DNA from: Anaeramoeba ignava BMAN
Lineage: Eukaryota > Protista > Anaeramoebae
Length of the DNA: 64,000 bases
Reading direction: 5' to 3'
Assembly (NCBI GenBank): GCA_028826165.1
Contig: JAPDFW010000136.1
Location: 558,001-622,000 of the forward strand
Positions 12,574-27,600 of the stretch are shown piece after piece; the first letter of the stretch is position 1; each line of letters opens with the position of its first letter. Below the pieces are notes generated by a model. That model saw only the letters and a program-made list of their open reading frames with translations. It did no database searches and was not told the origin of the DNA. The translations under genes and the position numbers were made by a program.

Positions 12574-15500
12574 ATGAATTTAAAAAAATCAATAATTTCA
12601 ATTCCTTGGACAGAAAAATAGTAAAACCAAATAATAATTTCTTATCCATTAAATACAATTATAATAATAAATAATAAATAAATCATCATCAAAATCTTTG
12701 GTAAAACAGTAGACCAAAGACCATTGACGAAGTAGCTCATCAATCAGAAGTTGTTGATGCGTTAAAAAATTCATTGAAAACAGAAAATGTATTTTCAATT
12801 AAAATTAATTGAATTCAATAAAAAATCCCAAATCTTAATAATATTTGATTTGATATTTCAATACAACATTTTGAGAACAGATTCCACACATTCTTTTTTA
12901 TGGGCCTCCAGGGACAGGAAAAACCTCAACTATTCTTGCAATTGCAACCCAACTTTTTGGGTATTTTTTTTTTATGAAATTTTTATTGATTCAAACAATT
13001 TCTCATTTATAACTTTTCTTTATTCAAAGTCCCAAATTGTTTCGTTCGCGAGTTCTTGAACTTAATGCCTCTGATGAAAGAGGAATTCAAGTAATTAGAG
13101 ATAAAGTGAAAAAGTTTGCGCAATTATCAGCAATTCAAAAGGATGATAGATATCCGAGTCCTGCTTTTAAAATTATTATTCTTGATGAGTGTGATTCTAT
13201 GACTCAAGATGCACAAAATGCATTAAGAAGAATTATGGAGCAATATTCAAAAGAGACAAGATTTTGTATTATTTGCAATTATATATCGAAGTATTTTATT
13301 AATTTAATTCAAAAATATTTTATCAATTTAATTCAAAAATATTTTATTAATTTAATTCAAAAATATTTTATCAATTTAATTTAAAAATATTTTATTAATT
13401 TAATTCAAAATTCAATTCAATATTCAATTTAATATTAAATTCAATATTCAATTCAATTCAATTTAATTCAATTCAATATTCAATTTTCAATATTTAATTC
13501 AATTGAATTCAATTCAATATTTAATATTCAATTTAATTTAATATTCAATTCAATATTCAATATTCAATATTCAATATTCAATATTCAATTTAATTTAATA
13601 TTCAATTCAATATTCAATTTAATATTTAATTTAATTCAATATTCAATTCAATATTCAATATTCAATATTCAATATTCAATATTCAATATTCAATATTCAA
13701 TTTAATTCAATATTCAATATTCAATTTAATTCAATATTCAATTCAATATTCAATTTAATTCAATATTCAATTCAATATTCAATTTAATTTAATTCAATAT
13801 TTCAATTCAATTTAATATTCTATTTAATATTCAATTTAATATTCAATTTAATATTCAATTCAATATTCAATTCAATATTCAATTTAATATTCAATTTAAT
13901 ATTCAATTCAATTCAATATTCAATTCAATATTCAATATTTAATTCAATATTCAATTTAATTCAATATTCAATATTCAATATTCAATATTCAATTTAATAT
14001 TCAATATTCAATATTCAATTTAATATTCAATATTCAATATTCAATTTAATATTCAATATTCAATATTCAATTCAATATTCAATATTCAATTCAATATTCA
14101 ATATTCAATTCAATATTCAATTCAATATTTAATTTAATTCAATTCAATTCAATATTCAATTTAATATTTAATTCAATTCAATATTCAATATTCAATATTT
14201 AATATTCAATTTAATTCAAAAATATTTTATTCAATATTCAATTTAATTCAATATTCAATATTCAATTTATTTAAATATTCAATTTAATTCAATATTCAAT
14301 TTATTTAAATATTCAATTCAATATTCAATATTCAATTTATTTCAAAAATATTTTATCAATTTAATTCAATATTCAATATTTCAATTCAATTTAATATTCA
14401 ATTTAATTCAATATTCAATTTAATTCAATATTTCAATATTTAATATTCAATTTAATTTAATATTCAATTCAATATTCAATATTCAATATTTAATTCAATA
14501 TTCAATTTAATTCAATATTCAATTTAATTCAATATTCAATTTAATTCAATATTCAATTCAATATTCAATTTAATTCAATATTCAATTTAATTCAATATTC
14601 AATTTAATTCAATATTCAATTTAATTCAATATTCAATTTAATTTAATATCCAATTCAATTTAATATTCAATTTAATATTCAATTCAATATTCAATTTAAT
14701 ATTCAATTCAATTCAATTTAATTCAATTCAATATTCAATTTTCAATATTCAATTCAATTCAATTCAATATTCAATTTTCGATATTCAATTTAATTCAAAA
14801 ATATTATTTCAATTTAATTTAAAAGTATTTTATTAATTTAATTCAAAATATTTTATCAATTTAATTTAAAAATATTTTATTAATTTAATTCAAAAATATT
14901 ATTTCAATTTAATTTAATATTCAATTTAATTCAATATTCAATTTAATTTAATATTCAATATTCAATTTAATATTCAATTCAATATTCAATATTCAATTTA
15001 ATTCAATATTCAATTTAATATTCAATATTCAATTTAATTCAATATTCAATTCAATATTCAATATTCAATTTAATTTAATATTCAATTCAATATTCAATAT
15101 TCAATTTAATTTAATATTCAATTTAATTTAATATTCAATTCAATATTCAATATTCAATTTAATATTCAATTCAATATTCAATATTCAAATCAATTTAATA
15201 TTCAATTCAATATTCAATATTTAATATTCAATATTCAATTTAATTCAATATTCAATTTATTTCAAAAATATTTTATCAATTTAATATTCAATTTAATTCA
15301 ATATTCAATATTCAATATTCAATATTCAATTTAATATTCAATTTAATTCAATATTTAATATTCAATATTTAATATTTAATTCAATATTCAATATTCAATA
15401 TTTAATTCAATTTAATATTCAATATTCAATATTCAATTCAATATTCAATATTTAATTTAATATTCAATTTAATTAAATATTCAATTCAAAAAAGAATTAT

Positions 15501-16104
15501 AGACCCGTTGGCTTCACGTTGCGCAAAATTTAGATTTAAACCAATCCCAGAAAAAATAATGCAAGAAAGATTAAATTTTATTGCAAAAACAGAAGGAATA
15601 GAAATTGAAGAAAAAGCACTTGAAGCATTAATGGAATCATCACAAGGAGATCTAAGAAAAGCAATAACAATTCTTCAAAGCACAAGCAAAATGATTTCCA
15701 AAAAAACCACTCAATCAAAACCAGAAGAAAAGAAGATGGCGATAGAAGAAGAAGATACAAATATTGAAACTGAACCAAATGTGAAAATCACAGAAGAATT
15801 GATTTTTGATGTTTCTTGTTCAGTTCCTTTAAGTGTTGTCAAAGAATTTATCGAAAGTTGTAAAGCAAGCTCAATTAACGAACTTGTCACTACTTGCCAA
15901 AAACTTATTAACTCTGCTTTTTCAATTCCTCAAATTCTTTTGTTAAGTTTGAAAATGATTATTGAAGATAATTTTTTAAATAACTTGCAAAAAGCTGAAA
16001 TTTGTGAAAAAATTTCCGAAATTGAATCAAGATTAATTGATGGAGCTGATGAATTATTACAATTAATGGAACTTGGTGTTTGTATTTTGGAAAATTATCG
16101 ATAG
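12574..16104 (+). CDS. RFC4: Replication factor C small subunit (human RFC4/yeast Rfc2 type)
   Basis: [83 protein letters not shown]. Exons 12574-12620, 12710-12788, 12881-12960, 13030-13290, 15495-16104. Confidence 0.93.
13291..15494 (+). repeat. 2.2-kb RFC intron filled with (TTCAATA)/(TTCAA)/(TTTAA) repeats plus a 24-bp unit
   Basis: GTATTT...AAAAG; splicing gives [14 protein letters not shown]. Confidence 0.9.
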
Positions 16105-16200
16105 AAATTAAAAAATCCAAAAATTGAAAAATTGAAAGAAAGAAAATAAAGAAAAATTTTATTAAACAAAATATTTAATTTCTTTTTCTTTTTCTTTTTT

Positions 16201-17530
16201 TCAAATGATTGAAATGTTTTTTTGATCATTTCGCAATTCTTCTCGTGGTTTTTTTGTTGGAATTGCTCCTTCTTTTTCATAAATCATAAGTCGAGAAACT
16301 TTGTTTTCTAAAATTAAACCTTTAAGATAAATTGAAACTAAATTTTCTGTTGGATTTCTTGCTAATTTCCTTAATTCTTGTTTTGTAATTAGTTTTGACC
16401 AAGAACCGCCTTGATTTTTTGAATAGAAACTATCTCCATATGATTCTGTTGAATCACCTCCATTTCCTTGATTTGAAATGCAATTTTTTTGGATTGTTTT
16501 TTGATTGTCTTTTTCATTCGAAGTATTTTTGCGTAAATCGACTAGATTCTGAACAAAATTATCAATGATTTTTTGTTGGTTTTCAACATTTTGCATTGTT
16601 TCCATTTCAACCGAAATTGTTTCTTTTTTTTCTTCTGGATAATCTTTCGTTAACTGGATATTTTTTTTCTATTGCTTCAAATAAAGCTTTTATCCCAGTT
16701 GGGAAATCTGGTTTTTCTTGTGATTCCTGAAGAGCAAAGAAAGGTTGTGAATCATCTTGATTTTGTGAATTTGTTGAATCTGTGAGATTTGAATCCTCTT
16801 CAATCAAATTTTTTTCATTATTTTTTTCATTGTTTTTGTTTTTATTGTTTTTTTTGTTTTTGTTTTTATTTTTATTTTTATTTTTATTGCTTTTTTGCGA
16901 ATCTTCGAAATTTAGTTTGCGATTAGAAACGGTTGTTTTTGTTCCGATTGTCTGAGTTGTTAATGGTTGAAAGACTGGTGGTTTTTTATAAGCGGTTTGC
17001 ATTTTCCGAAGATCATAATTTGTTGTTTTATGCTTTTTAGAATTTGAATAACTTTTTTGATTTGGAATTGGATTTGGATTTGGATTTGGATTTGGATTTA
17101 AATCTTTGCGTTTGGAACGATGATATTTTTTTTGGGTTGGTGTTGTTTTGGATGGGCTTATCGAAAATAAACCACTTTTTGTTTTTTGGATTTTTGAATT
17201 GGATTTTTCAAATTTTGATGCGAGAGTTGTTGAAAGAGATTGTGATTTAGATGAAATGGGAAGTTGTGGATAAGGAGATCTGGGAGTTGTGTTGAATGGA
17301 TGTGTGTTATTGCTTATTTTGTGAATTGAAAGTGGTTTTGGAATTGAAAGAGGGTTAAAAGAGTTTGGTGTATTTTGTTTTTTTCTAACAACAATAACTT
17401 TTTTATTTTCAAGTTTGTTATTAGAAGATGTTGATAACGAAGAATTTTTTTGAGAAGAATTTTTTAAATCAGGAGATAATTGAAAAGAAAGAATAGATTG
17501 TTGAGCAATTTTAGGTGAAAAAGTTTGCAT
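16201..17530 (-). CDS. Orphan S/T/K/N-rich protein with one apparent +1 frame break in an A8 run near 16665
   Basis: The frame of ORF 16201-16605 is open upstream (NIQLTKDYPEEKKETISVEMETM) and overlaps ORF 16607-17530; removing one A joins them. Confidence 0.6.
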
Positions 17531-17946
17531 TTTAAAAAATAAAAATAAAAATAAAAATAAAAAAAAAATAAAAATAAAATAAAAGAGAAAAATGAAAAAA
17601 TTTAAAAAATGAAAAATTTTTTTTTCTAAAATAGTTTTTGGTCTTTTTGTTCAATTTTTATTGGACACAAATGAGAAAAAGAAAAGAAAAAGAAAAAGAA
17701 AAAAAAGAAAAACAAATTTAGAAAGTTAGAGGAAAGGAAATTTGTTTTTACTGTTCTCATTTAAATTTTTGAGCACACAATTGAAACAAAAAGAAGACTT
17801 TGAATTTGAAGTTTTTAAATTGAATTTTGAATTTGAATTTTGAATTTGAAATTGAATTTTGAATTTGAAATTGAATTTTAATTGAATTTTAATTTTAATT
17901 TTGTTTGAATTTTGAATTTGAATTTGAATTTTAATTTGAATTTTGT

Positions 17947-19974
17947 TTAATCAACTTCTTCAATTTTAACATCTCCTCCTTGTTTTGGTGGTGGTTGTTG
18001 AGTGTTTGGTCCTTGGAAATTTTGTCCAAATTGGCTCATATCAGGCATTCCTTGTCCTTGGAAATTTTGTCCAAATTGACTCATATCAGGCATTCCTTGT
18101 CCTTGACCTTGACCTTGACCTTGTCCTGTTTGTTGATAAAGTTTTGTGATAATTGGAGAGCATTTTCCTTCGAGTTCTTTGAGTTTTTCATCATATTCCT
18201 CTTTGGTAGCACTCATGTTGGCATCGAGCCATTTAATTGCTGCTTCAACTTCAGTTTCAATTGTCTTCTTGTCTTCTTCTGAAATAACAGCTTTGAATTT
18301 TTCATCTCTGACAGTGTTTCTCATATTGTAAGCATAAGATTCAAGTTGATTTCTTGCTTCAATCTTCTCTTTTTGCTTTTCATCTTCTTCACGGAATTTT
18401 TCTGCATCGCGAACCATCTGTTCAATTTGCTCTTTGGAAAGTCTTCCTTTTTCGTTTTTGATTGTGATTTGGTTCTTGATTCCTGTTGTTGTATCCTCAG
18501 CAGTAACATTCAAGATTCCGTTGGCATCAATATCGAAACTAACCTTGATTTTGGGAACACCTCTTGGAGCTGGCGGGATTCCTCTCAATTCAAATTTACC
18601 CAATATATTGTTGTCTTTTGTCATTTTTCGTTCTCCTTCGTAGACTTGAATCAAAACACCTGGTTGGTTGTCTGCATAAGTGGAGAAGATCTCGTCTTTC
18701 TTGGTTGGGATTGTTGTGTTTCTTGGAATCAAAACAGTCATAACTTCACCGACAGTCTCAATACCCAAACTCAAGGGAGTAACATCCAAAAGAAGAATTT
18801 CTCCAACATCTTCCTTTTTGTTTTCAGATAGCACAGCAGCCTGGATGGCAGCACCATAGGCAACAGCCTCATCAGGATTGATGCTCTTGTTAAGTTCCTT
18901 TCCGTTGAAGAAGGATTGGAGTAACTCTTGGACTTTTGGAATTCTTGTTGATCCTCCAACAAGAACAATCTCGTCGATTTGTGATTTGGAAAGTTTGGCG
19001 TCTCTCAAGCATTGGTCAACAGGATCCAAGCATTTTCTGAACAAACTTCCGCAAAGCTCTTCAAACTTGGCACGAGTGATTGGCAAGAAGAAGTCGTTAC
19101 CCTCGAACAAAGAGTCGACTTCAATGGTTGTTTGTGTTGCGCTTGAAAGGGTTCTCTTTGCACGCTCGCAAGATGTTCTGAGTCTTCGCATTGCCTTTGG
19201 ATTTCTTGTGGGATCGGATGTGAGGTTTCTGTATTTCTTCTTGAATTCATTCATACAATATTCGACCATTCTGTTGTCGAAATCTTCACCACCTAAATGA
19301 GTGTCTCCAGCAGTTGATTTGACTTCAAAAATACCGCCCTCAATAGCAAGAACAGAGACATCAAAAGTTCCACCGCCAAGATCGAAAATGAGGATTTTTT
19401 TCTCGCCCTTTTCCTCACGCTTATCGAGTCCATAAGCAATAGCTGCGGCTGTGGGTTCGTTGATGATTCTTTTGACGGTTAAACCGGAAATGATTCCTGC
19501 ATCTTTTGTTGCTTGTCTTTGGGAATCATTGAAATAAGCTGGGACTGTGATAACAGCTTCTTGCACAGTCTCTCCAAGAAAAGCTTCTGCGGTTTCTTTC
19601 ATTTTTCCAAGAACCATTGCGCTAATTTCTTCAGGTGCAAAATCAACTTGTTTTTCCTTGAACATGACACGAACATAAGGTTTGTCGCCTTCTTTTCTAA
19701 TGATTGAGAAAGGCCAAAGCTTCATGTCTCCTTGCACGGTTTGATCGCTGTATTTTCTTCCAATTAATCGTTTGGCGTCAAAAACTGTGTTTGATGGATT
19801 CATTGCAACTTGGCTTTTTGCTGCATCTCCAACTAATCTTTCTTGATCTGTGAATGCTACATAAGATGGTGTTGTTCGGTTTCCTTGATCATTGGGAATA
19901 ATTTCTACTCTTCCGTTTTTGAAAACTCCAACGCAAGAATAAGTTGTTCCTAAATCAATTCCAATTGCTGACAT
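17947..19974 (-). CDS. HSP70: Cytosolic heat shock protein 70
   Basis: [50 protein letters not shown]-terminal IEEVD; intronless 675 aa. Confidence 0.98.
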   Translation of the reverse strand: MSAIGIDLGTTYSCVGVFKNGRVEIIPNDQGNRTTPSYVAFTDQERLVGDAAKSQVAMNPSNTVFDAKRLIGRKYSDQTVQGDMKLWPFSIIRKEGDKPYVRVMFKEKQVDFAPEEISAMVLGKMKETAEAFLGETVQEAVITVPAYFNDSQRQATKDAGIISGLTVKRIINEPTAAAIAYGLDKREEKGEKKILIFDLGGGTFDVSVLAIEGGIFEVKSTAGDTHLGGEDFDNRMVEYCMNEFKKKYRNLTSDPTRNPKAMRRLRTSCERAKRTLSSATQTTIEVDSLFEGNDFFLPITRAKFEELCGSLFRKCLDPVDQCLRDAKLSKSQIDEIVLVGGSTRIPKVQELLQSFFNGKELNKSINPDEAVAYGAAIQAAVLSENKKEDVGEILLLDVTPLSLGIETVGEVMTVLIPRNTTIPTKKDEIFSTYADNQPGVLIQVYEGERKMTKDNNILGKFELRGIPPAPRGVPKIKVSFDIDANGILNVTAEDTTTGIKNQITIKNEKGRLSKEQIEQMVRDAEKFREEDEKQKEKIEARNQLESYAYNMRNTVRDEKFKAVISEEDKKTIETEVEAAIKWLDANMSATKEEYDEKLKELEGKCSPIITKLYQQTGQGQGQGQGQGMPDMSQFGQNFQGQGMPDMSQFGQNFQGPNTQQPPPKQGGDVKIEEVD

Positions 19975-20454
19975 TTTTATTTGTTTATTTTTAAAAAAAG
20001 TTTATTTAAAAATATAAAAAATAAAGGTAAAAATATTTTTGATCTTTTCTTATAAATTATTTTTAAGTAAGAACCATTTTTAAAAATTTTTAATTAAAAA
20101 TAAATAAAAATAAAAATAATTTTTAATAAAAAATATTTTTATTTTTTCATTTATAATTTATTTTTATTAAATTAAGAACCATGTTTTTTTTTTAATTTGT
20201 TTTATTTTTTTTTTTTAAAAATTTTTGATCTTTTTAAAAATTTTTAACATCTTTTTCTAAAAATATCTCATTTTAAATCATCATTAATTTTTATAAATTA
20301 ATTAAAAATAAAAATTTAATTTTAAATTAAATTTTAATTTAAATTTAATTAAATTATTTTTTTATTTATTTAATTTTAATTTTTAAATTCAAAAAAATTT
20401 ATTTTATTAATTTATTTTTTATTTTATAAATTTATTTTTATTTTATTTATTTAT

Positions 20455-23400
20455 TTATTTTAAATTAATTCAAAATATATTTTAATTAATTTTATTAATT
20501 AATTATTTATTTATTTATTAATTAGAAAATGAAATAAATATAATTAAATTTATTTATTATTAAAATATTATAATTTAATTAATATTTGATTTATAATTTA
20601 TTTATAAATTAATTCAAAATATATTTTAATTTAATTTTATTAATTAATTATTTATTTATTTATTAATTAGAAAATAAAATAAATATAATTAAATTTATTT
20701 ATTATTAAAATATCATAATTTAATTAATATTTGATTTATAATTTATTTATAAATTAATTCAAAATATATTTTAATTTAATTTTATTAATTAATATTTATT
20801 TATTTATTAATTAGAAAATAAAATAAATATAATTAAATTTATTTATTATTAAAATATCATAATTTAATTAATATTTGATTTATAATTTATTTATAAATTA
20901 ATTCAAAATATATTTTAATTTAATTTTATTAATTAATATTTATTTATTTATTAATTAGAAAATAAAATAAATATAATTAAATTTATTTATTACTAAAATA
21001 TTATAATTTAATTAATATTTGATTTATAATTTATTTATAAATTAATTCAAAATATATTTTAAATTAATTTTATTAATTAATATTTATTTATTTATTAATT
21101 AGAAAATAAAAATAAAAATAATTAAATTTATTTATTATTAAAATATTATAATTTAATTAATTAAATTTATAATTTATTTATAAATTAATTCAAAATATAT
21201 TTTAAATTTAATTTATTAATTAATATTTATTTATTTATTCAATTAGAAAATAAAATAAATATAATTAAATTTATTTATTATTAAAAAATATTATAATTTA
21301 ATTAATAATTTTAATTTATTTATAAATTAATTCAAAATATATTTTAATTTAATTTTATTAATTAATATTTATTATTTATTTATTAAAAAAATAAAATAAA
21401 TTAATTAAATTTTATTTATTATTAAAATATTATAATTTAATTAATATTTTAATTTATAATTTATATTTATAAATTAATTCAAAATATATTTTAATTTAAT
21501 TTTATTAATTAATTATTATTTATTTATTTATTAATTAGAAAATGAAATAAATATAATTAAATTTATTTATTATTAAAATATTATAATTTAATTAATATTT
21601 GATTTATAATTTATTTATAAATTAATTCAAAATATATTTTAATTTAATTTTATTAATTAATATTTATTTATTTATTAATTAGAAAATGGAATAAATTTAA
21701 TTAAATTTATTTATTATTAAAAAATATTATAATTTAATTAATATTTAATTTTATTTATTTATAAATTAATTCAGGTAAAAATATATTTTAATTTAATTTT
21801 ATTAATTAATATTTATTTATTTATTAATTAGAAAATGAAATAAATATAATTAAATTTATTTATTATTAAAATATTATAATTTAATTAATATTTGATTTAT
21901 AATTTATTTTATAAATTAATTCAAAAATATATTTTAATTTAATTTTATTTATTAATAATTATTTATTTATTTATTAATTAGAAAATAAAATAAATATAAT
22001 TAAATTTATTTATTATTAAAATATTATAATTTAATTAATATTTGATTTATAATTTATTTATAAATTAATTCAAAATATATTTTAATTTAATTTTATTAAT
22101 TAATAATTATTTATTTATTAATTAGAAAATAAAATAAATATAATTAAATTTATTTATTATTAAAATATTATAATTTAATTAATATTTGATTTATAATTTA
22201 TTTATAAATTAATTCAAAATATATTTTAATTTAATTTTTATTAATTAATATTTAATTATTTATTAATTAGAAAATAAAATAAATATAATTAAATTTATTT
22301 ATTATTAAAATATCATAATTTAATTAATATTTGATTTATAATTTATTTATAAATTAATTCAAAAATATTTTTAATTTAATTTTATTAATTAATATTTATT
22401 TATTTATTTAAAGAAAATAAAATAAATATAATTAAATTTATTTATTACTAAAATATTATAATTTAATTAATATTTGATTTATAATTTATTTATAAATTAA
22501 TTCAAAAATATATTTTAATTTAATTTTATTAATTAATATTTATTTATTTATTAATTAGAAAATAAAAATAAATTTAATTAAATTTATTTATTATTAAAAT
22601 ATTATAATTTAATTAATATTTAATTTATAATTTATTTATAAATTAATTCAAAATATATTTTTTAAATTAATTATTTTTATTTATTAATTAGAAAATAAAA
22701 TAAATATAATTAAATTTATTATTTATTAATTAATTTGAATTAATATTTAAATAATTTTAATTATAAATTAATTCAAAATATATTTTAAATTAATTTTATT
22801 AATTATTATTTATTTATTATTTATTAGAAAATGAAATAAATTTAATTAAATTTATTTATTATTAAAATATTATAATTTAATTAATATTTAATTTATAATT
22901 TATTTATAAATTAATTCAAAATATATTTTAATTTAATTTTATTAATTAATATTTAATTATTTATTAATTAGAAAATAAGATAAATATAATTAAATTTATT
23001 TATTATTAAAATATTATAATTTAATTAATATTTGATTTATAATTTATTTATAAATTAATTCAAAATATATTTTAATTTAATTTTATTTATTAATATTTAT
23101 TTATTTATTAATTAGAAAATGGAATAAATTTAATTAAATTTATTTATTATTAAAATATTACATAATTTATTTATAAATTAATTCAAAATATATTTTAAAT
23201 TAATTTTATTAATTAATATTTAATTATTTATTAATTAGAAAATAAGATAAATATAATTAAATTTATTTATTATTAAAATATTATAATTTAATATAAATTT
23301 AATTTATTTATTTATAATTAATTCAAAATATATTTTTAATTTAATTTTATTATTAATTAATTTATTATTTTATTAATTAGAAAATAAGATAAATTTAATT

Positions 23401-23745
23401 AAATTTATTTATTACTAAAATATTATAATTTAATTCATCATTGATTTATAATTTATTTATAAATTAATTCAAAATATATTTTAATTTAATTTTATTAATT
23501 AATATTTATTTATTTATTAATTAGAAAATAAAATAAATATAATTAAATTTATTTATTACTAAAATATTATAATTTAATTCATATTTGATTTATAATTTAT
23601 TTATAAATTAATTCAAAATATATTTTAATTTAATTTTATTAATTAATATTTATTTATTTATTAATTAGAAAATGAAATAAATATAATTAAATTTATTTAT
23701 TACTAAAATATCATAATCTAATTCATATTTGGTTTATAATTGAAT
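20455..23745. repeat. Satellite A: ~144-bp near AT-only unit, ~23 copies
   Basis: The C of marker ATTCAAAATATATTTT falls at 20471, 20615, 20760, 20904, 21048 (spacing 144-145). Confidence 0.92.
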
Positions 23746-23825
23746 TAATTTTTTGTTTCTATTTAAAGATTAATTTCATTTTCCAAAAAAAAAAAATTTT
23801 TAAAAAAAAAAACAAACAAACAAGT

Positions 23826-24425
23826 TTATTCAAATGAAAAAAATAAACACCAACCAAATCCAAAAATAGAAAACCAAAAACCATCTCCAAACAATTTAAA
23901 CAAATTAGAAAAAAAAACAAAAGTTAAAAATAAAAAATGACTTGAAAGTAAAATAAAAATTCCAATTTTTCGATCTCCAAAACAATAAGTAAAAATTCCC
24001 CAAAATAAAACAATAAAACTTAAAGTAACAAAAACAGATTTGAAAGAGGAAGAAAAAGAAATGAGATTTTGAGCAAAAAGAGAATCAATAAAAGAAAAAC
24101 CATGCAATAAAACCTTCACAAATCCATCCAAATAACCAATAAAAAGACTTGTATGATTTTGACTATTTTTAATCAAAATTTCTCGAGATTTTTCATATAA
24201 TTCTCTCATTTCAGTATTTCCTCTAAAAATCACACTTGGAATAAACGTTTTTGAACCTGAAATCAAATACGGGTGAAATAATGAAAAAATATAAAAAGCA
24301 ACTCCTAATCTCGACCAAACAGAAAAAAATATTTTTTCACTTGTTTTTAAAAATGTAATTGTAATATGAATAATTGCTGTTAAAAGAATTAATAAAAGAA
24401 TTAAATCAATTAAACTGTAAATCAT
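23826..24425 (-). CDS. Small multi-pass membrane protein, unknown family
   Basis: 199-aa ATG-initiated ORF with several hydrophobic segments; ends ~80 bp from satellite A; may be truncated. Confidence 0.5.
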   Translation of the reverse strand: MIYSLIDLILLLILLTAIIHITITFLKTSEKIFFSVWSRLGVAFYIFSLFHPYLISGSKTFIPSVIFRGNTEMRELYEKSREILIKNSQNHTSLFIGYLDGFVKVLLHGFSFIDSLFAQNLISFSSSFKSVFVTLSFIVLFWGIFTYCFGDRKIGIFILLSSHFLFLTFVFFSNLFKLFGDGFWFSIFGFGWCLFFSFE

Positions 24426-24673
24426 AACAAATTTTTTAAAAAATGAAAAAATTAAAAAAATAAAAAAGAAAATAAAAATGATTTTTTATTTTTGATTTTA
24501 AAAGAAAGAAAGAAAAAAAAGGAGATTTATGATGAGGATCCAACAATGCAAATCAATTGATTTCAAAATAAAAAATCAGTTTAAAAAAAATTGAAATGAA
24601 TTTTTGAGAATTTTGTGTTCAATTTGATCTCCTTTTCTTATTTTTGATCAGATAAGAAAAAATGATTTAAAAT

Positions 24674-27600
24674 TCAAATTTTGATCGATGCAATTTTTTG
24701 GAAATATTTAAAAGCTTCAACACAATGTTTTGCTTGAATATTTTCTGGGAAATATTCTTCAATTTTTTCAATTGATTCATCATATTCCTCATCATCAAAA
24801 AATGTAAGACTTAATAACTCTCTCAATTTTTTATCAGGTCGAATTTTTTCAGTTAAATAATTCTCAATAAAAAACTTCCAAACTTTTGCCAAATAAACAA
24901 CATCAAGATGCTTAATTGCGTCGCATAAATTTTCTTGATAAAGTTGCCTGAATGGTTGTTTGAATTCTTTTGGAATTTTCTGATAGGGATCAACAAAGTA
25001 CTCTTTGAATTTTTTATCCAAAAATTGAATGTGTTTCAATTTGGCCACTTTTTGGAATGTTGGCGAAGTGTGTCCAATTTCTTGGATTGAGTTGTTTTTG
25101 AGAGTATTCAGAACATAATCGAAAATAGTTTCTTCGAAAAATCTCTTAGTGAGATGACTTGTTTCAATTTTCTGGATTGCTTTTAATGTTTGAACAATGA
25201 ACGCCTGACAATTTTTTGCTTGTGAATTTTTTTCCAAATTGGCAATAATTTGGTCCCATTCATGAGTTGGCAATCCTTCAAAGTAATCTTCCACATTTGC
25301 GATTTGGGGTATTTGAATAATCTCTTCTTCTTGTGAATTTGCAAATTCAAAACGATCAATTTTGATTGCGATAGGAACAATAGTTTTCAATTGAATCGTT
25401 AATTGAGATGCTAAGTTGGATTCGAGCATCGAAAGAAAACTTGAATCAAGCGTTCTGTTCTTTAAATTGCGCTCAATTTCTTCCACATCAAGATCAAAAA
25501 GAGGCAATGAATATTGCTTTTTTGTTGGGATTGGGAACATCAAAGTGAAACTACCATTTGTTTTTTCTTCGTGTTTGAGTAATTGAGTTAATTGTGATTT
25601 TAATAAGTTTTGGATGTTAATTGCATGTTTGATCAAAATTCGGATAAATGATTGTTCCTTTGTATCTCCGGGCAAGCAATAAATTAGGCTGTTTTGCTGT
25701 GAAATGGCTAAATTTTGATCTTTTCGGTCTATTGACTCAATCATTAACAAATAGTCCAAATCATGGATACACAAATTCCAGAACCTCTCGAAATCTGGGT
25801 AAATTTCTTCAATATTTTCTTTTTGGATAAATTCAGAAATCTTCATTGAACGCGCATTTTCTTCTTTGATTTTCCCATTCATCCTGTTGAAAATAATACT
25901 CGCAAACAACAAAAATTTTGGGAACAGATGAAGAATCCGAAATTGCTCCAAATTCTCAAATAAAAATCTAAGTAATTCTTTGTTGTTTGGATCGGTACTT
26001 TGAAGAAAGATGTAATTGCAAACTTTGATATATTTCATTTCTTTGGAAAATACAAAACATCCACTCCTTCTTTTTTTCATTACGAACCTTTTCTACCAAT
26101 TCTGTTTTGGCAACAGGATTATTTTGGATTCTTTTCCTAATTGTTTGATCCCATTTATCATAGATTTTCGCAAATTTGGTTTCAAATAAAGTTCGTCCAT
26201 CGGTTTTTTCGAATGATTCAAAACGTTTCATTTTTCTTGATTGTGTGAATTTTGGGATTGCTTTCATAAGAATTTCATGATAATATATTTTTGTTTCTTC
26301 ACTAGAGAAATTTAGTAATCCAGACAAAACTGCGAAATCTGTCTTCAAATGATCCAAAAGTATCGCGATCATTTCTGGTTGTGAATTTCCCCATGAAATA
26401 CAGTTGTTTATTAATTCTCCAAACCTTCGTGACGCATTTTCTAGTGTGATTACAAATGGAAGTAATAAAGAATGAAGTATGATTCGACAAATTCGAAATA
26501 CAACAGGATTCAAATTTCTCACAGTATAAAGTGGATTTATATTTGGATATCGGCTAATGCAATATGAATAAGGCTCTAAAACCCAATCTTTAATTTTAGT
26601 TTCAAAATTATTTTGCGGATCTCTTAAATTAATCTTCATTTGGCAAACAGTGCAATTTTCTTCCATTTTCTCTTCTCCAATTTCGTAGAAATTCACATGG
26701 TTATTTTTGCATAAGAAACATTTTCTTCCATTTTCAATTAGATACTCCGAAAATGGAACCGGTGTTATTGTTGGCCAATATATAGAAAACAGTTGCTTGA
26801 CTACTTGTTCTGAATTTGGATCTGTTCTCAGATCAAACAAATAATTTGATAATGCATAAAAAGGTTCGAGTTGTAAATTTTGGAATATCTCCATTGTGGG
26901 GAGAATTATTTCAAGTAATATCGGTGAAACGATCTTTTCTCTTACTATTCTAATTGAATCGTAAATATGCTCCAATACCGGCGAGGTATTATCATCATAC
27001 TCCATTTCATCTGGATATCCTTTTTCTACAAATTTTCTGAAAACTGAGGTTTGCTCTAATATTTTACTTTTTGATATGCTCCAATTAGATAACAATAGAC
27101 CTTGGAAATCAATAATTGCATTATCAGTTATCTCCATTTGTTGAATAGTTCTTAACAAAGATTCGGGCCCGTTTTGCTTATACACATTTTTCAGTAAAAA
27201 TAGAAGCCAGTTTTCTCCTTTTCCATTTAGTGCAAATTCTGGTCTTTTTTCAAAGAAATCTTGTGGTTTTTCGTTCAATTGAATTCGATTTAGGACAATT
27301 TGAATGATTTTCGAAAAACTGAATGGCTTCGTGAGAATAAGAAATTTGGGGTCTTGTTCGTAATCGTAATCATCAATTTCATAATCTCCATCATCTTCAT
27401 TTTCATCATTTTCATCATCATCATCATCATCATTTTCATCATTATTGTTATTGTTATTGTTATTATCATTCTCATTAAATAAAATTTTGAGAGGGAATGC
27501 TGAACTCAATTTTTGTGTCAAATTAGGTCTATCTTCCAAAAACTTCACACAATTGACAGCAATCCAATTATATTTATTCCCCTCAATATCCCTTTCATCA

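Noticed and set aside
16603-16609. TGA-A-ATG coupling of two ORFs
   Set aside because: The downstream frame is open upstream through an A8 run; most likely a homopolymer indel in one gene.
17980-19707. Antisense and alternative-frame ORFs over HSP70 (similarly over fimbrin, RNF213-like and dynamin)
   Set aside because: Shadow ORFs of real coding sequence with no independent motifs.
19975-20300. Canonical heat-shock element upstream of HSP70
   Set aside because: Only isolated AGAACCAT words; no alternating nGAAn triplet could be supported.
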